DNA of 55,695 bases from Candidatus Taylorbacteria bacterium RIFCSPHIGHO2_02_FULL_43_32b (GCA_001820955.1 MHRK01000047.1:1-55695), one strand, 5' to 3'; shown: positions 24,690 to 35,169, numbered from the stretch's first letter. Notes: generated by a model not told the origin, from the sequence alone. Numbers and translations are program-made.

Positions 24690-26887
24690 TGAGGTTGATT
24701 ATCTGCAGGTTCCGGGGAATTATTGTCAGAGGGTCTATTCAAAACCTCTCTTGGTTTGGATCCGTCGGAGGGCCCGATTACGCCCCGTTCTTCAAGAATA
24801 TCCATGAGCCTGGCGGCTCTCGAGTAGCCAACTCTCAATTTTCTTTGAATGTATGAAGTTGAGGCTTTGCCCGCCCGTGTTACTTCTTCTTTTGCGGCTT
24901 CGTAAAGATCGTCATCAATTTCTTCATTATCAACCGAATCAAAGACGTTTACACCGCCACTTTCACTTTGATTTTCCGTAAGGGTTATTTCGCTCGGTAT
25001 TTCATTTGCGTAAGCTTCACGCAGATGTTTGGTGACTTTTTTTACCTCGGTTTCACTGACATAAGCCGATTGTATTCTAAGCGGTTTGGCCATGTCTCCG
25101 CCTAAATAGAGCATATCTCCAGCCCCCAAAAGTTTTTCTGCTCCGCCTGTGTCCAATATTGTTCGTGAATCAATTTGAGAAGATACCTGGAGAGCGATTC
25201 TTGCGGGGACGTTGGCTTTGATGAGACCTGTAATTACGTTAACTGATGGGCGCTGGGTGGAAAGGATGAGGTGAATACCGACAGCCCTACTCATTTGTGC
25301 CAAACGCACTACCGCCGCTTCCAGCTCTCGGGGATAACTGGTCATAATGTCCGCCAATTCATCAATGACAATAATCACATAGGGCATCATATCGGGAAGG
25401 TTACTGGTGCTTTCCTCAGGGTTGTCCGCTTTCTCTGCCCCTTTAAGGGCTGGTGCAAGAACATTTTTATGGTACGACTCGATGTCTCTAACTGTATTCG
25501 TTTCCAAAATTTCATATCTGCGATCCATTTCTTTGGCCGCCCATCTCAAAGCGAGAATTGCCTTCTTGGCATCTGTAATGACAGGAGTCAAAAGGTGGGG
25601 AATTTTATTGTAAAGAGTTAGCTCGACACGTTTGGGATCAATCATTATGAACTTGAGGTTGTCGGGCGAGTTTCGGAATATCAAAGAGTTGATAATGGTG
25701 TGAATGGTAACCGATTTTCCCGAACCCGTTGCTCCCGCAATCAAAAGGTGGGGCATTTTCGCCAAATTGCCAAAATGTGATTTTCCAGAGATTGCCTTAC
25801 CAAGAGAAATGAGGAGCGGTTTGTCTGACTGTTGGTATTCGTCGCTCCCAAGCATGGTGGCGAGCCCCACAGTCGATTTACTGCTGTTTGGGACTTCAAT
25901 TCCAACGAGTGATTTGCCCGGAATCGGGGCTTCGATTCTTATGGGGTGAGCGGCAAGGGCATATGCCAAATTGTCCTGGAGAGCGGCAATTTTTGACAGT
26001 TTGACCCCTTCTGCCGGTTTGATAGCGTAACGTGTGACCGATGGTCCGATAGAAACTTCGTCCATTTCAATAGATATGCCGAAATTTTGCAAAGTTCTTT
26101 TGATAATATTGGCGTTGGCTTTGATATCTCCCGCGATTGGTTTGCCGCTGTCCCGTTCGAGAAGAGAAATGGGGGGAGGGGTATATTGTTTTCCAAAAGA
26201 TTTGAAACCCTCCCAAACTTTGTCGGTGCCCTCTTCATCAAAATCGTCAGACAGTATCCCTTTACTTACAGTCGGCTCATCATCTTCCACCTCTTCTTCC
26301 TCGGGGGGCTCACTTTCTGGAGGTTCTTCAGGCTCATCCTCTTTTTTATAAGCATCATCCTCGTCTACCTCGATCGTTTTCTTTATTTTAGGGGTAGGGG
26401 TAAAAAGTTGACGGAGGTCTTGAAAGAGGCGAATAAAAGGTTGCATAGAGAGGCGGACTTCAAATATTACCAATATGGATGCAATTACCAGAGCGGAAAA
26501 AATTACGATGCTTGCTCCGACATCAAACAACCTAATAAATGGAATGGCAAAATACTTTCCAATAATACCCCCGTTTTCAAATAATATGTTAATAAGTCCG
26601 AGACCCGCTAAAAGAAAAAAAAGTGATCCCAGTATTTTAGGGACAGGCAACCTGCGATTATCGAACGATGTCAAAAAAGAAATACCAAGCATAAAAGTGG
26701 CAACGGGGAGAAGGAAGAAACCAATGCCAAGTAATTTTTCAAGAATCGCAAAGGTGTAGTTACCAGCAGGACCGGCTTTTCCGACGGCCGACATTGTAAG
26801 CAAAATTGCCGCCACAAAAAGAATTACCGCAACTACAGCGTCTCTTGTTTCTTTGCGCAAACCATCAGATTGGATTTTTTTTACCAT
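24686..26887 (-). CDS. ftsK: DNA translocase FtsK/SpoIIIE
   Basis: N-terminal TM helices, an acidic linker, HLLIAGATGSGKS (Walker A), YVIIVIDELADIM (Walker B) and a winged-helix gamma domain ..ASTSYIQRKLRVGYSRAARLMDILEERG. The start is taken at ATG 26887; the ORF track extends to 26971. Confidence 0.95.
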   Translation of the reverse strand: MVKKIQSDGLRKETRDAVVAVILFVAAILLTMSAVGKAGPAGNYTFAILEKLLGIGFFLLPVATFMLGISFLTSFDNRRLPVPKILGSLFFLLAGLGLINILFENGGIIGKYFAIPFIRLFDVGASIVIFSALVIASILVIFEVRLSMQPFIRLFQDLRQLFTPTPKIKKTIEVDEDDAYKKEDEPEEPPESEPPEEEEVEDDEPTVSKGILSDDFDEEGTDKVWEGFKSFGKQYTPPPISLLERDSGKPIAGDIKANANIIKRTLQNFGISIEMDEVSIGPSVTRYAIKPAEGVKLSKIAALQDNLAYALAAHPIRIEAPIPGKSLVGIEVPNSSKSTVGLATMLGSDEYQQSDKPLLISLGKAISGKSHFGNLAKMPHLLIAGATGSGKSVTIHTIINSLIFRNSPDNLKFIMIDPKRVELTLYNKIPHLLTPVITDAKKAILALRWAAKEMDRRYEILETNTVRDIESYHKNVLAPALKGAEKADNPEESTSNLPDMMPYVIIVIDELADIMTSYPRELEAAVVRLAQMSRAVGIHLILSTQRPSVNVITGLIKANVPARIALQVSSQIDSRTILDTGGAEKLLGAGDMLYLGGDMAKPLRIQSAYVSETEVKKVTKHLREAYANEIPSEITLTENQSESGGVNVFDSVDNEEIDDDLYEAAKEEVTRAGKASTSYIQRKLRVGYSRAARLMDILEERGVIGPSDGSKPREVLNRPSDNNSPEPADNQPQ

Positions 26888-27141
26888 GCAACAATAATAG
26901 CAAAAAAAATATGAGCTGTATAAACAAAACAAAAAACGCAAAAAAATAAGCACGAAAACATAAAGCTCCAAGCGTCATGGCCTCCGCTTTTTCTAAAAGA
27001 CAAAATCAGAACACACGGTCCTCGTCTACGGAATGTTGCTCCGTGAGAGAAGACACCTATAATGGACACATTCATTCACGTAGAGATTGGACAAGAGATA
27101 AACATAGCAAAACAGATTAGATCACTTTTAAGGACACACTC

Positions 27142-27969
27142 ATGAAATCAAAGGGACATATAAGGACAGTTATTGAATCTTCACCAATCCAACAACGGAC
27201 ACTGGAGGCGCATTTTGGGGGGCTCTTTGGCCAATATGTGTATGGTAAATCAAAAAGAATTGCGGAAGCCGTATTTCTACTTACCGCACATTTATCGGAA
27301 AATGATCCCCTGAAACAGACACTTAGAATCAAATCAATTGAAAATGTCACAGTGTCCGTAATGATTAAGAATGATAGTTCAGGTAAAGAATCCGATGTCC
27401 AATTCAATAAAATAATAGATAACATTATCTCCATCGTTTCCTTGCTTGAAATTGCCGCCGTATCGGAAACAATTAGCCCATCGAATTATTTCATCGTGAC
27501 TCGTGAATTGGAAATTGTTTTAAACACTATTCAAGATAAAAATAAGGACAAGAAGACATTAGGAGCAACAATTACAGCGGACTTCTTTAACGTTGCTATA
27601 AAGGACAAACTCTATACGGACAAGGATCGTCAAAAGGACAGTTTCGTTAAGGACAACATGGCTGTATCTATTGCCGATCAAAGTTCTGGGGCAGCTGCAG
27701 GTGTGTCTTCTGGGCGGATTTCGGATCATATGGAAGTCTCGTCCGTTAATAACGTATTGCGTACTGACGAGAGATTAAAAAAGGAAAGATTGGTGATGTC
27801 CTTTTTCGCTTCGGGACGAAAACTGACCGTTAACGAGTTGCATCGTTTAGTGCCTCAGTATGGTGAGAAGACTGTCCAAAGAGAGCTTATACGTCTCGTT
27901 AATGTTGGTCGTCTGACGAAGGAGGGCAAGAAAAGATGGACGAGGTATTTTTATGTCGTTGACAAGTGA
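27142..27969 (+). CDS. Hypothetical protein with a C-terminal winged-helix-like segment
   Basis: 275 aa. The C-terminus is ...GRKLTVNELHRLVPQYGEKTVQRELIRLVNVGRLTKEGKKRWTRY. Confidence 0.55.
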   Translation: MKSKGHIRTVIESSPIQQRTLEAHFGGLFGQYVYGKSKRIAEAVFLLTAHLSENDPLKQTLRIKSIENVTVSVMIKNDSSGKESDVQFNKIIDNIISIVSLLEIAAVSETISPSNYFIVTRELEIVLNTIQDKNKDKKTLGATITADFFNVAIKDKLYTDKDRQKDSFVKDNMAVSIADQSSGAAAGVSSGRISDHMEVSSVNNVLRTDERLKKERLVMSFFASGRKLTVNELHRLVPQYGEKTVQRELIRLVNVGRLTKEGKKRWTRYFYVVDK

Positions 27970-28641
27970 CATAATATGTTGCGAATGCTGAGTTTTTTCG
28001 GTGTTTAATATTTTGGTGATGAGTCGGGCTTTCGGCCGTTTTTCGGGGTTTAGGGGGTGTGCGCTTGACATTGACTCAGCGGGCGTACTGTGCAATAATG
28101 GCGCAAGGGATGAGATATAGGATTGTAAACAAAAATGAATGACGAAAAATGACGGGTTTTAGCCCGTTGTTTTGTAGTTATCCACAACGTCATTTTGCAG
28201 GTAAGCTGGTCCGGACATATAATAGTCATACACGGTAAAGTTTTGTCCGCGACATGATTGTGCGGTTTACAGTTTTAATGAACTTTGACATATAAAATAG
28301 AGAGAGCAATTTACTGAAATTCTTTCTTCATTAATGGAAAGATTATTGTTGTTTTTCCGTCTTATTTTTTGTCACTAACTTCGATAGCTTTTAGTCGTCC
28401 GGACTTGTAAAACAGGTACGGAGAAAGTGGTCGAATTAGTTTGGAAAAGTCGTTGATTCCCCGATTCGCCGGTTGGTGAGTGTTGGGGGATTCTGAATTT
28501 AGTATTAATGTCGCGAATTGGTTTTTGTCGAAACTAAGTTTCTCTAATATTTTTTTGGAGAAGTCGCGGCGGTAACGATTGTCCGCATTGTTTAATATAT
28601 AGAACGGGCAAGTAGTTATCATTATAAAGTTTATAAAGACA

Positions 28642-31600
28642 ATGAGTAAATCTACGAAACTTTTTGCGGGTTTTGTGGGGATAGTTCTCACTCTCGCTAT
28701 TATTGGCGGCGTGGGAATTAACACAGCAAGTGCTGCCGCTTTGACTCAGGCTCAAGTTGACTCAATCATTTCAATGATTCGAGCATTCGGAGCCGATCAG
28801 AGTACGATAAATAACGTAATGGCATCACTTACTGGCGGAACCCCAACTACACCTACAACCCCTTCAATGGGTTACACTTTTTCGCGTAACCTAAAGCAGG
28901 GTGACACAGGAGAAGATGTAATGAACCTTCAGAAAGTCCTTAACATGGATGTCGCGACTCAAGTTGCGGCAAGCGGAGTTGGTTCTTCGGGAAATGAGAC
29001 TTCATACTTCGGTCCTGCGACCAGAGCGGCAGTCATCAAATTCCAGAACAAATACGCTTCTGAAGTTCTGACACCGATTGGTTTGACGTCAGGTACAGGT
29101 ATTGTTGGAGCTATGACACGTGCGAAGTTGCAGGCCATTTCTGGCGTTGCAACTCCGACCACTCCAACCACTCCGACGACCCCAACCACTCCGACAACTC
29201 CGACAACCCCGGCTGGCACAGGAATCACAGTTGGCGACCCAGGTCAGCCTGGCGTCTCTTTGGCTCCGGCTAGCGCTTCAAGAATTCCTTTCACTAAGAT
29301 ACTCCTCACAGCTGGTTCTGACGGTGATGTAACTGTTAACTCGATCACGGTCGAGAGAACAGGTCTCGCTGTCGACACCAACTTTGCCGGCGTCGTTCTT
29401 CTTGATGAGAATGGCATGCAGATCGGTGATGCAAAGACCTTCAACTCAAATCACCAGGCCACGATCGGAACTCCGTTCGTAGTCAAGGCTGGTACGTCGA
29501 AGATCATTACCATCGCTGGTAACATGGCAAACTCCTCAACAGTTTCAGCCGGTCATGTTGCTTCACTCACAGTTGTGAGCGTCAACACGAACGGTGCTGT
29601 TGTTTCTGGAACCCTTCCAATCACAGGAGCTGCCCACACAATCAATGCAACGCTTTCACTCGGTTCGGCTACTCTCATAGCTTCAAGCTTTGATCCGAAC
29701 ACAGCTGCTACCAAGGAAATCGGAACAGCATCGTACAGGTTCTCAGGCGTTCGCTTGACAGCCGGTTCAACTGAAAAGGTTAGACTCTGGAGCGTTCGCT
29801 GGTACCAGTCCGGTTCAGCCGCTTCAGGAGACCTTTCAAACACGAAGACTTACGTTGACGGTGCCGCTTACGAAACAACAATTTCTTCAGATGGCAAATA
29901 TTACACCACGCTCTTCCCGGGTGGCATCTTGATTGATAAGGGTGCTTCTAAGGATATGTGGATTGTCGCTGATATAGTTGGTGCTTCATCTGCAAACCGC
30001 ACGATACAGTTCGACTTGTACAAGACGACTGATATCTACATGACGGGAGAAACCTACGGCTATGGTATTACGCCTTCAGCCAACGGTAACTGTGCGACAA
30101 CTGCGACAACTGGTACAGAATTTATGTACAGTACTGCGGCTTGTGCCGGCACAGCCTCAACCCCATGGTTTGACGGTTCAAAGGTAACCATTAGCGCCGG
30201 TTCAGCCACTTCAATCACCAAATCAACTTCAGTTGCGGCTCAAAACATCGCAGCTGGCGTTCCGAATCAGGTCTTGGGTGGTTTCGAAACCAACATCAAG
30301 GGTGAGCCGATTTCAGTTCAGAACATGACATTCACAGTATCAACCTCGTCAGGTACAGGTACAGGCATTTTGACCAGCGTCACTATCGTTGACCAGAACG
30401 GTGCGGTAGTCGCCGGTCCGATTGATGCCGATACTGCCGGTACTTCACTTGCGTTTACTGACACAATCACATTCCCGATCGGAAAGCAGATCTACACCTT
30501 GAAGGGTAAGATCTCAACTTCAATCGGAAATAACACACAGTACTCGATTGCTTCAACCCCGTCCTCGCAATGGACGAACGTAACAGGTTTGGTTTCTGGT
30601 AACACAGTATCGCTTACATCGAATGGAATCTTCACGATGAACACGATGACTGTTAAGTCAGGAAGCCTCGCTGTTACTGTCGGTTCAACACCGGCAGCGC
30701 AAACAATCGTTGCTGGTGGAAACGCTCGAACCTTCGCTAACTTCCAGCTTGATGCTACACAGTCTGGTGAAGACGTTCGCTTGTCTTCAATGAAGGGTAG
30801 TCTGACTTTTGGCTCTGCTAACACAGCAGATAATCTAAGCGGCTGTCAGCTCTATGAGGGCGAAACTTCGTTGACTTCAGGAAACGTTGTAAATCCGGCC
30901 AATGCTGATACAACTGGTGATGAATACGTATTCACATTCGACACAGCTTTGGTTGTCCCGAAAGGCACAGTCAAGACTTTGGCTTTGAAGTGTAACGTTT
31001 CAACCGCGGCTGCTTCCCCTGAGACATTTGCTTGGGGTATTGAGGACACTGCGGCTAACATTGTTCCGACCGGCGTAACTTCCGGTACAACAATCGGTGA
31101 GACCGTAACAGCTTCAACTGGTCAGACAATGTCAATTGGTTCAGGCGCTCTTGCCGTCTCAACAGACGCTTCAAGCCCGTCCTACACCATTGTCGCCGCT
31201 GGCACAGCGGATCAGGTTATCGGTGTCTACAAGCTTGATGCGACCAACGAGAATATCAACTTGGCTAAACTTGGTTTGTCTTTGACAAACACAGCTTCTA
31301 GCTCGGCGAAGGATATTGTTCAGGTTACGGTTTGGGACGGTTCAACCAAGGTTGGTACCGCCACATTCACAGGCTTGAGCACAACGGCAACTTCAACCTT
31401 TACTTCACCTGTCTTGGTTGCGAAGAACACTTCCAAGCTTTTGACTATCAAGGCTGACTTGTCCAATATCGGAGTTGACGAATCTGCTACTTCATCCGGC
31501 CACATGCTTGCGGTTGATTACCAGAGCGGTCAGGGTACTGGAGTTGAGAGTGGAGCAACGAAAGAAGCTTCAGGTTCAACAGCAGTCACAGGAGTACGCA

Positions 31601-32241
31601 TTATGAAGTCCTACCCGGTATTTGCTCAGGACACATTGTCATCAACTGGTGTTGCTGATGGTAAGCTCCTTCGCTTCAAGGTTACGGCGAACTCAAAGGG
31701 TCCGATCGGAATCACGAAGTTTGAATTGAGTCTTTCCACCACAACCGCTTCGGTTAGTCAGCTCAACATGTTTGCCTACACAGATTCAGCTTACTCACAG
31801 GCAGTCAGTGGGTTGTCATCAGGCGGTCAGTTGCAGGCTTCTAACGCATGTTCCGCAGGTTCAGGCGTCCTAAGTTGCAACACAACTCCGACAATCGCTC
31901 TCTACTCTCAGACTTCAGCTGGTGCTACGACGACTGTTCAGATTCCGGCCGGTACGACTTACTACTTCGAAGTTCGCGCCACTGTAAGCGGCTCAGCCTC
32001 GGGCGCTTCAGTCATCACGACTTTGAAGGGTGACTCGGCCTATCCGTCAATCCCGCAGGGTGGAGAACTCCGCTGGATGGCGTCCACAACCAGAATCGAT
32101 ATGGTAGAAGCTCAGAACTCGTTGATTTGGTCACCCAACTCAACCAGTACAACTGACAATGCCAACGATAATGACTGGACAAACGGATACGGTATCTACG
32201 GTTTGCCTTCAAGCGGTATCATTCAGAACCGCAGCAACTAA
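28642..32241 (+). CDS. Giant secreted/cell-surface protein with a peptidoglycan-binding domain
   Basis: Signal/anchor sequence, then a PG_binding_1-like segment (LKQGDTGEDVMNLQKVLN...FGPATRAAVIKFQ), a (TPT)n linker and ~1000 aa of T/S/A/G-rich beta-type sequence. GC is visibly above its surroundings. Confidence 0.85.
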   Translation: MSKSTKLFAGFVGIVLTLAIIGGVGINTASAAALTQAQVDSIISMIRAFGADQSTINNVMASLTGGTPTTPTTPSMGYTFSRNLKQGDTGEDVMNLQKVLNMDVATQVAASGVGSSGNETSYFGPATRAAVIKFQNKYASEVLTPIGLTSGTGIVGAMTRAKLQAISGVATPTTPTTPTTPTTPTTPTTPAGTGITVGDPGQPGVSLAPASASRIPFTKILLTAGSDGDVTVNSITVERTGLAVDTNFAGVVLLDENGMQIGDAKTFNSNHQATIGTPFVVKAGTSKIITIAGNMANSSTVSAGHVASLTVVSVNTNGAVVSGTLPITGAAHTINATLSLGSATLIASSFDPNTAATKEIGTASYRFSGVRLTAGSTEKVRLWSVRWYQSGSAASGDLSNTKTYVDGAAYETTISSDGKYYTTLFPGGILIDKGASKDMWIVADIVGASSANRTIQFDLYKTTDIYMTGETYGYGITPSANGNCATTATTGTEFMYSTAACAGTASTPWFDGSKVTISAGSATSITKSTSVAAQNIAAGVPNQVLGGFETNIKGEPISVQNMTFTVSTSSGTGTGILTSVTIVDQNGAVVAGPIDADTAGTSLAFTDTITFPIGKQIYTLKGKISTSIGNNTQYSIASTPSSQWTNVTGLVSGNTVSLTSNGIFTMNTMTVKSGSLAVTVGSTPAAQTIVAGGNARTFANFQLDATQSGEDVRLSSMKGSLTFGSANTADNLSGCQLYEGETSLTSGNVVNPANADTTGDEYVFTFDTALVVPKGTVKTLALKCNVSTAAASPETFAWGIEDTAANIVPTGVTSGTTIGETVTASTGQTMSIGSGALAVSTDASSPSYTIVAAGTADQVIGVYKLDATNENINLAKLGLSLTNTASSSAKDIVQVTVWDGSTKVGTATFTGLSTTATSTFTSPVLVAKNTSKLLTIKADLSNIGVDESATSSGHMLAVDYQSGQGTGVESGATKEASGSTAVTGVRIMKSYPVFAQDTLSSTGVADGKLLRFKVTANSKGPIGITKFELSLSTTTASVSQLNMFAYTDSAYSQAVSGLSSGGQLQASNACSAGSGVLSCNTTPTIALYSQTSAGATTTVQIPAGTTYYFEVRATVSGSASGASVITTLKGDSAYPSIPQGGELRWMASTTRIDMVEAQNSLIWSPNSTSTTDNANDNDWTNGYGIYGLPSSGIIQNRSN

Positions 32242-32277
32242 CATTAGCTACTTGTGCTCGCCCCTTCGGCGAGAGCT

Positions 32278-32313
32278 AAACAAAACCCCCCGCTTCGCGG
32301 GGGGTTTTGTTTT
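32278..32313 (+). terminator. Strong intrinsic terminator
   Basis: Stem aaacaaaacccccc-gcttcgc-ggggggttttgttt, preceded by a second hairpin gctcgcc..ggcgagagc. Confidence 0.75.
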
Positions 32314-32324
32314 ACCATCCCCAA

Positions 32325-32466
32325 TTAATCTATGAACACCAAGCCCCGGAAATTTTTGGCTACTGCTACCCGAAAATTCCTCGACATATCTCGATATGCC
32401 TCGTAATTTTCTGTTCGCCTCGCCTAAAAATGTCCGGACTTATGCCCAGATCTTAATTGTCGATGG
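32325..32466. repeat. Large imperfect palindromic element E2 (same core as E1, opposite orientation)
   Basis: Outer arms are ccatccccaattaatc / gatcttaattgtcgatgg. The core tcctcgacatatctcgatatgcctcg (32378-32403) is the reverse complement of 4590-4615. Confidence 0.65.
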
Positions 32467-32497
32467 TATTACGCCAATATTATGCTAATATTTTCTC

Positions 32498-33169
32498 ATG
32501 CAAGATAAAATGAAGTGGATATTTGGTGGATTTGCACTACTCGTCGTTACGGGGGTTGTTTTGTTTTCTGGTATTTTCAAATTGGGCGAAGAAGGGGAAA
32601 ATAGTCCTGTCGCTTCATCTACAACATCAGGCTTTGTTTCTAAAGATGGGATAACAGCAACCGGCGACTTTACAGTTGAACCTGTAGAAGAAACTATAGA
32701 AATTCCGAATTTGAATCGTCCAGTTGTTTTTCCTTCCGATATGCCAAATGAGGCTAGGGAAGTGTTAAAAGAAAGACTGGATGAAGCAGTTGTCACGATT
32801 CGTGGCGACCAGAGCTCGTACGAGGGCTGGTTTAAGCTTGGGGTTAATCGCAAGGCCATAGAGGATTATGTCGGGGCAAAGGAGGCGTGGGAATTTGCCT
32901 CATATCTTTACTCAAAAGATGCTGTTTTGTACTCAAATTTGGGTAATTTGTACGGCTACTACTTAAAGAATACCGCGCTGGCAGAAACAAATTATCTGAA
33001 GGCCGTTGATCTCGAACCTTACATAGCTAATTGGTATCTACGCACGGCAGATTTTTACCGAGAAGTTGTGGGTGATTCGGTTAAGGCCAAGGCAATTTTG
33101 GCTAAAGGTTTAAGTATGATTCCAGGTGACACGTTGATCACAACCGCGTTAAATTCAACCGGCCAATAA
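32498..33169 (+). CDS. Membrane-anchored TPR-repeat protein
   Basis: N-terminal TM. TPR-like repeats such as ...YSNLGNLYGYYLKNTALAETNYLKAVDLEPYIANWYLRTADFY.... Confidence 0.7.
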   Translation: MQDKMKWIFGGFALLVVTGVVLFSGIFKLGEEGENSPVASSTTSGFVSKDGITATGDFTVEPVEETIEIPNLNRPVVFPSDMPNEAREVLKERLDEAVVTIRGDQSSYEGWFKLGVNRKAIEDYVGAKEAWEFASYLYSKDAVLYSNLGNLYGYYLKNTALAETNYLKAVDLEPYIANWYLRTADFYREVVGDSVKAKAILAKGLSMIPGDTLITTALNSTGQ

Positions 33170-33171
33170 AA

Positions 33172-33321
33172 ATGAGACTTTTGAATAAAGATTTCTTTAG
33201 GTTTTTGTCGGGATTTATGGGACTTGTTTCTATTAGTCTCGTTTTGATATTTGCCGTCGGTTTTTACGAATCTCAGATAATGGAAAAGGGTAGAGAGGCT
33301 AATACTATTGGCCGAGAATAG
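33172..33321 (+). CDS. 49-aa single-TM small protein (below the ORF-track cutoff)
   Basis: Hand translation: MRLLNKDFFRFLSGFMGLVSISLVLIFAVGFYESQIMEKGREANTIGRE. It starts 3 nt after the upstream stop. Confidence 0.35.
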   Translation: MRLLNKDFFRFLSGFMGLVSISLVLIFAVGFYESQIMEKGREANTIGRE

Positions 33322-33431
33322 AGAAGCATGTTTTCATAGAAGATATGTGTTTTTTGGTTTGCTGGGGCGTCAGAGTAAATTTCCAATTAGCGGATGTCAT
33401 CAATTGTTATGTGGACATTGTTACGATTACT

Positions 33432-33469
33432 ACTCATTATAACGTAGCTATAGCTATGTTATAATGAGT
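33432..33469. promoter_or_regulatory. 38-bp near-perfect palindrome overlapping a TATAAT box (putative operator/promoter of the PaaX-like gene)
   Basis: actcattataacg-tagctatagcta-tgttataatgagt, with TATAAT at 33460-33465, 41 nt upstream of ATG 33507. Confidence 0.5.
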
Positions 33470-33506
33470 GGAAGAAATTTAACAATTTTTTCAAAAAAGT
33501 AAAAAA

Positions 33507-34070
33507 ATGGGACAACTGGAAACCGAATCGAAAATAAGGACTAGAAATTCAAAAATAAAGAGTGCGATTCTAACCACGCTCGCTGTTTCGATTGCAGGAT
33601 CGCTTAATGCTGGTGCTTTGGTACGAGGGGTTTTGCAGGAACTGAAGAAACCAAAGGAAAAACGCGTTCTTGCCCAAAATGCCATATACAACGCGAGAAA
33701 AAGACTGTCACAGCTTGGGCTCATCTCTTATGAAAATGGATTGTGGTATATAACTGAAGAAGGAAGAAAAGTGCTTTCAACTTCAGTTTTCGGCCAGTTT
33801 GAACGGCCTAAAAAGTGGGATAAAAAATGGCGAATATTGATTTTTGACATAGGTGAGGATAGACGCACACTAAGAGAGAAAGTGAGGAGAACTTTGGTTT
33901 CTGTGGGGTTTAGGAGACTGCAGGATAGCGTTTGGGCGTATCCATATGATCGCGAGGACTTGATCGCGCTTATTAAAACCGATTTCAAAATTGGCAAGGA
34001 CATGCTTTATATTATTGCAGACCAAATCGAGAATGATATTGAATTGAGGCGCGAGTTCGGTTTAATGTAG
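33507..34070 (+). CDS. PaaX-like transcriptional regulator (wHTH plus Cas2-like fold domain)
   Basis: ...KKWDKKWRILIFDIGEDRRTLREKVRRTLVSVGFRRLQDSVWAYPYD... resembles the PaaX-family central domain. Confidence 0.65.
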   Translation: MGQLETESKIRTRNSKIKSAILTTLAVSIAGSLNAGALVRGVLQELKKPKEKRVLAQNAIYNARKRLSQLGLISYENGLWYITEEGRKVLSTSVFGQFERPKKWDKKWRILIFDIGEDRRTLREKVRRTLVSVGFRRLQDSVWAYPYDREDLIALIKTDFKIGKDMLYIIADQIENDIELRREFGLM

Positions 34071-34131
34071 CTTGTGTTATTCTATTTACAAACTGCACGA
34101 TACTTACACTAGAAAATTTTCACGGTTCGCT

Positions 34132-34169
34132 ACTCATTATAAGAAAGCTATAGCTATGTTAAAATGAGT
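34132..34169. promoter_or_regulatory. Second, degenerate copy of the palindromic operator, facing the rplJ leader
   Basis: actcattataagaaagctatagctatgttaaaatgagt. It shares about 50 bp, including upstream flank, with 33421-33472. Confidence 0.45.
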
Positions 34170-34680
34170 AAAAAGGTTATTGATTTGTAGCGGATTTAAG
34201 TGAGCAGGTAGTTCAAAGACGGGTACTTTCTTATGAGCGCGTGTTTGTAATACCAAAAAAGACAGAGAATCTTTCCAAAGGGATGTGCGGGTTAAGTTTG
34301 AGGAGGGGCTTAATGTAACGCAAAATTAAGGAGGGGTTGCGCATAATCCATTTCTTTGTTACTGTTGTCTTTACAGGGCTTCAGAGACTGAAGGTGCCAA
34401 TTTTCAAGGAGCGTTAGCGACTATGAAGATTGAGCATCCCGAACCGCTTTTGTTAAAAAGAGGTGAGGGACAGCTAATGCTTAATTTCCTTCACAGAGGT
34501 CGATTCTCTTAAATTGAGATCGAAGCCTATTATATTATTAGAGTTAGGCGCTAGGCGTTAGGGAGAAGTTTAATTCTAACGTCAGTGACCGTGCCTGCAT
34601 TTAAATGGCGCTAAGATTTAGGGTTGAGGTTTTAGGATTTCCTAGAGCCTAACGCCTAAAACCTAGAGCCTGTTTCTATC

Positions 34681-35169
34681 GTGGCAATCTCCAAAGAAAA
34701 GAAAAAAGGAATTATCGAAAAGCTCGAGAAAATTTTCTCGGATGCCAAGGCTGTAACCTTCGTAAATTTTAGCGGTTTGACCGTGGCGGGGGCGACGGAA
34801 CTCCGCCGAGTTTTGAAAGCGGGTGAAGTCGGGTATTTTGTGGCAAAAAAAACGTTAATCAGGAAAGTATTGGGCGCAAAGAAATTGGAAGGTGAAATGC
34901 CGGAACTTCCGGGTGAAATAGGTATTGCTTACAGTGCCGAACCAACGGCGCCCGCAAGAGAAGCTCACACCTTCGCAAAGAAGATAGAGAAGGGTCTCAA
35001 ACTAGTTGGCGGTATTTTCGAGGGTAAATTTTTGAACCAAGAAGCCATGCTTCAAATAGCATTGATTCCGTCTAAGAATACTCTTCGTGCCCAGTTTGTG
35101 AACGTTATAAATTCGCCGATCCAGAGGTTGGCGGTTGTGCTTAGTGAAATCGCAAAGAAAAAAGTATAG
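34681..35169 (+). CDS. rplJ: 50S ribosomal protein L10
   Basis: GTG start, with ...AVTFVNFSGLTVAGATELRRVLKAGEVGYFVAKKTL.... Confidence 0.9.
   Translation: MAISKEKKKGIIEKLEKIFSDAKAVTFVNFSGLTVAGATELRRVLKAGEVGYFVAKKTLIRKVLGAKKLEGEMPELPGEIGIAYSAEPTAPAREAHTFAKKIEKGLKLVGGIFEGKFLNQEAMLQIALIPSKNTLRAQFVNVINSPIQRLAVVLSEIAKKKV

Noticed and set aside
28178-28186. A perfect DnaA box TTATCCACA, plus two imperfect boxes at about 38503-38522 (atatccaca, ctatccacg), considered as oriC.
   Set aside because: These are isolated boxes about 10 kb apart. There is no cluster, no adjacent dnaA or dnaN, and no AT-rich unwinding element that I could tie to them.
28362-28724. 120-aa minus-strand ORF overlapping the start of the large surface-protein gene.
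   Set aside because: It overlaps a strongly supported gene start and has no motifs. It is most likely a chance ORF in AT-rich leader DNA.
34170-34680. ORF-free 510-nt region upstream of rplJ, examined for an L10-leader RNA or small ORFs (for example a 29-codon ORF starting atgaagattgag).
   Set aside because: I could not recognise a defined RNA motif by eye. The mini-ORFs lack good RBS spacing, and part of the region is an F5 repeat. It is left unannotated.
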